Both the position numbers and the translations under genes were made by a program. A model generated the notes under the pieces. That model did no database searches and was not told the DNA's origin. It saw only the letters and a list, made by a program, of their open reading frames with translations. A stretch of 63,801 bases of DNA, counting the filler, from Octopus bimaculoides (Eukaryota), in the NCBI RefSeq assembly GCF_001194135.2. It is 5 parts of 5 records of this genome, joined end to end, with 100 filler letters (N's around TTAATTAATTAA, not from the genome) between each part and the next. Parts side by side here need not be neighbours in the genome. Positions count along the whole stretch, not along the records: positions 60,431 to 63,801 come from NC_068987.1; 4 more parts are not named here. One strand, written 5' to 3'. Below, piece by piece: positions 61,948 through 63,801 of this stretch; position 1 is the first letter of the stretch, and the number at the start of each line of letters is the position of its first letter.

Positions 61948-62850
61948 ATATCAATATATCAGTTTTGTTTTGTATTAAATTTACAAAACTTGCCTTTAAA
62001 AGTTTGGATTCCATATTGCTCTTCACATTGGCCAGTATATCGATTGTGTCTGCATCTGTTTACTATATACAATAAGTTTATAATTATTATAATAATAATC
62101 AATTAAATTATAATATATTCATTTTTAATACACTCTGACTGATTCGAATGTGAATATCTGACCACTGTTGTCTTTCGTCGAGAACACCTCCCTTTAACCA
62201 GAAATGACTCTGCGTACACCTCGTAATTCGCGGGATGTACGCAGGACAGCAAGAATCCAAGTAATAACGTGTTTATTCATTTTCAATTCGTTCTGACAGA
62301 TTCGAACGTGTTCATAACACACGTGATTCATCACTATAAGGGGACTTTGAGACATCACGGGGTCTCGACCTTATTGCGTGTCTCATCCGTCCAAGCCATC
62401 TCACAGGGCCTATGGATCTGACGAGAACACTATAGGAAAAGTTCTGTATATGAAGTGAGTTGGCTGAGTATGGCAGAGCTGATCACTAGTTGTGATGTCG
62501 TGGCATCGATGCCGGGCCGTGATTCTTGTTATACAGATGTTCGTCGCTGGCTGAGAATCTTGTCTGTTTATTATCGTGGTGAAGCTAAGTCACCAAACAG
62601 AATCGAAGAGAGAGATGTGCCGCAGAGGTTTGGTTTGGTGTACATAGTAAGTCGTGTTGACGCTGGTGGTGTAGAGACTGCTTGGTAGTATCGTGTTGGT
62701 CATGACGATGTTGCTGGTTAGTAGTCGTAGACTCTTGTTNNNNNNNNNNNNNNNNNNNNNNNNNNNNNNNNNNNNNNNNNNNNNNNNNNNNNNNNNNNNN
62801 NNNNNNNNNNNNNNNNNNNNNNNNNNNNNNNNNNNNNNNATAATTAAATT

Positions 62851-63801
62851 GTACAACTCGTTGTGTTATCACTGCGAGTCTCCCGAGTGCAATACAACAG
62901 CTCTGCAGACAAGTACAGCCTATGTAGACCCTGAAGGTGGGCTGGTCGTCCTTGACGTGACATTCAGCAGTAAGGCCTTCAGGCTGATCGGACTCTATGC
63001 ACCATGTGCTAGAGGTTTCCAAACTGACTTTTATCGGAGCCTAGAGGGCTTTCTCGTGACGTCGAATACATTAGTGGTGTTAGGGGACTTCAACGCTATT
63101 GTTGACGCTCGCATCGATAGTGTCGGCTTGATTAATAGCAAAGTGAAATTACGCCTCGTCGATCTGCTAAAGCGATTTCAGCTGGCAGATCGTTACAGGC
63201 TTGAACATCCGAACGTGCCAAAGTGGACCTGGATGAGCAGCGACGGAAGGTTCAAGTCTTATCTAGACAGGATAGTGACAACTTGTCCAGGTGTCCTACA
63301 CTGACCATAGAATGGCTAAGTGTAGGTTGGACGTAGATAGTACAACTAGTAGAGGACCCAGCTACTGGAAGCTGAACAAGTCTATTTTGACTTGTGAAGC
63401 AGACCGTAGTCCGATTAAGGAGTTAGTGTAGAGGGCGTTTACCGGTACCGTAGTTAATAACCAGTGGTAGTTCGTCCTCAAAAGAGCCATTCGTTTTGAG
63501 TCCATTAGGTTTAGCAAACAGCTAAGACTAGATAGGACTAGAATAGAAGGGCAGTTGGTTAAGAACCTAGAGGAGGCGCACATTTTGGCAGCGAGAACGG
63601 CATTGGACCGTCACCTCAAAGCCAAACATGAGGGGTGTAGAGTTCTGGCAAAAGTGAGAGCATTGGGCCGTGAGGAAATTAATGTTGCCGGATGGGCCCG
63701 TACGATAGAAACTCAGCGTGGCAACAAAGCCACAATAAGGTCTCTTGTTAGCGAAAAAGGACGCACAGTTAAAGAACGGGACGAGATGTGTGAGGCTCTT
63801 T
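62851..63801 (+). mobile_element. Tx1/L1-clade LINE ORF2 5' part (AP endonuclease plus linker), defective
   Basis: DPEGGLVVLDV, IGLYAP, LVVLGDFNAIVD, LADRYRLEHP...WTW and SYLDRIV (L1-EN motifs), then a stop/frameshift, YWKLNKS and GNKATIRSL. Runs off the window end. Confidence 0.92.

Overview
Repeat-dominated, AT-rich eukaryotic DNA with many N gaps, most of them flanked by microsatellites. The SINE families and microsatellite load point to an octopus (coleoid cephalopod) genome; this is inferred from recalled repeat families, not from a search. I found no host protein-coding exon, rRNA, intact tRNA or CRISPR array that I can support, and nearly all long ORFs in the track run through N gaps or simple repeats. 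The recognisable content is decayed mobile DNA. Class I: Tx1/L1-type, RTE, CR1-like and R4/Dong-like (RLE) LINE fragments, an internally deleted Gypsy element, and several tRNA-derived SINE families. Class II: a Helitron 3' end, a full-length defective Tc1, and mariner/Tc1 fragments. The most interesting signals are (1) several hammerhead-ribozyme-like motifs, apparently Penelope/retrozyme type, with stem covariation between two copies; (2) a SINE 3' tail that resembles the Tx1 LINE 3' tail; (3) retroposons repeatedly bounded by (AAT)n; (4) a perfect 36-bp-arm hairpin and an ~80-bp-arm foldback; and (5) a diverged ~19-bp array rich in CATGTG. Four N44-TTAATTAATTAA-N44 blocks look like artificial scaffold joins, so adjacency across them is uncertain.
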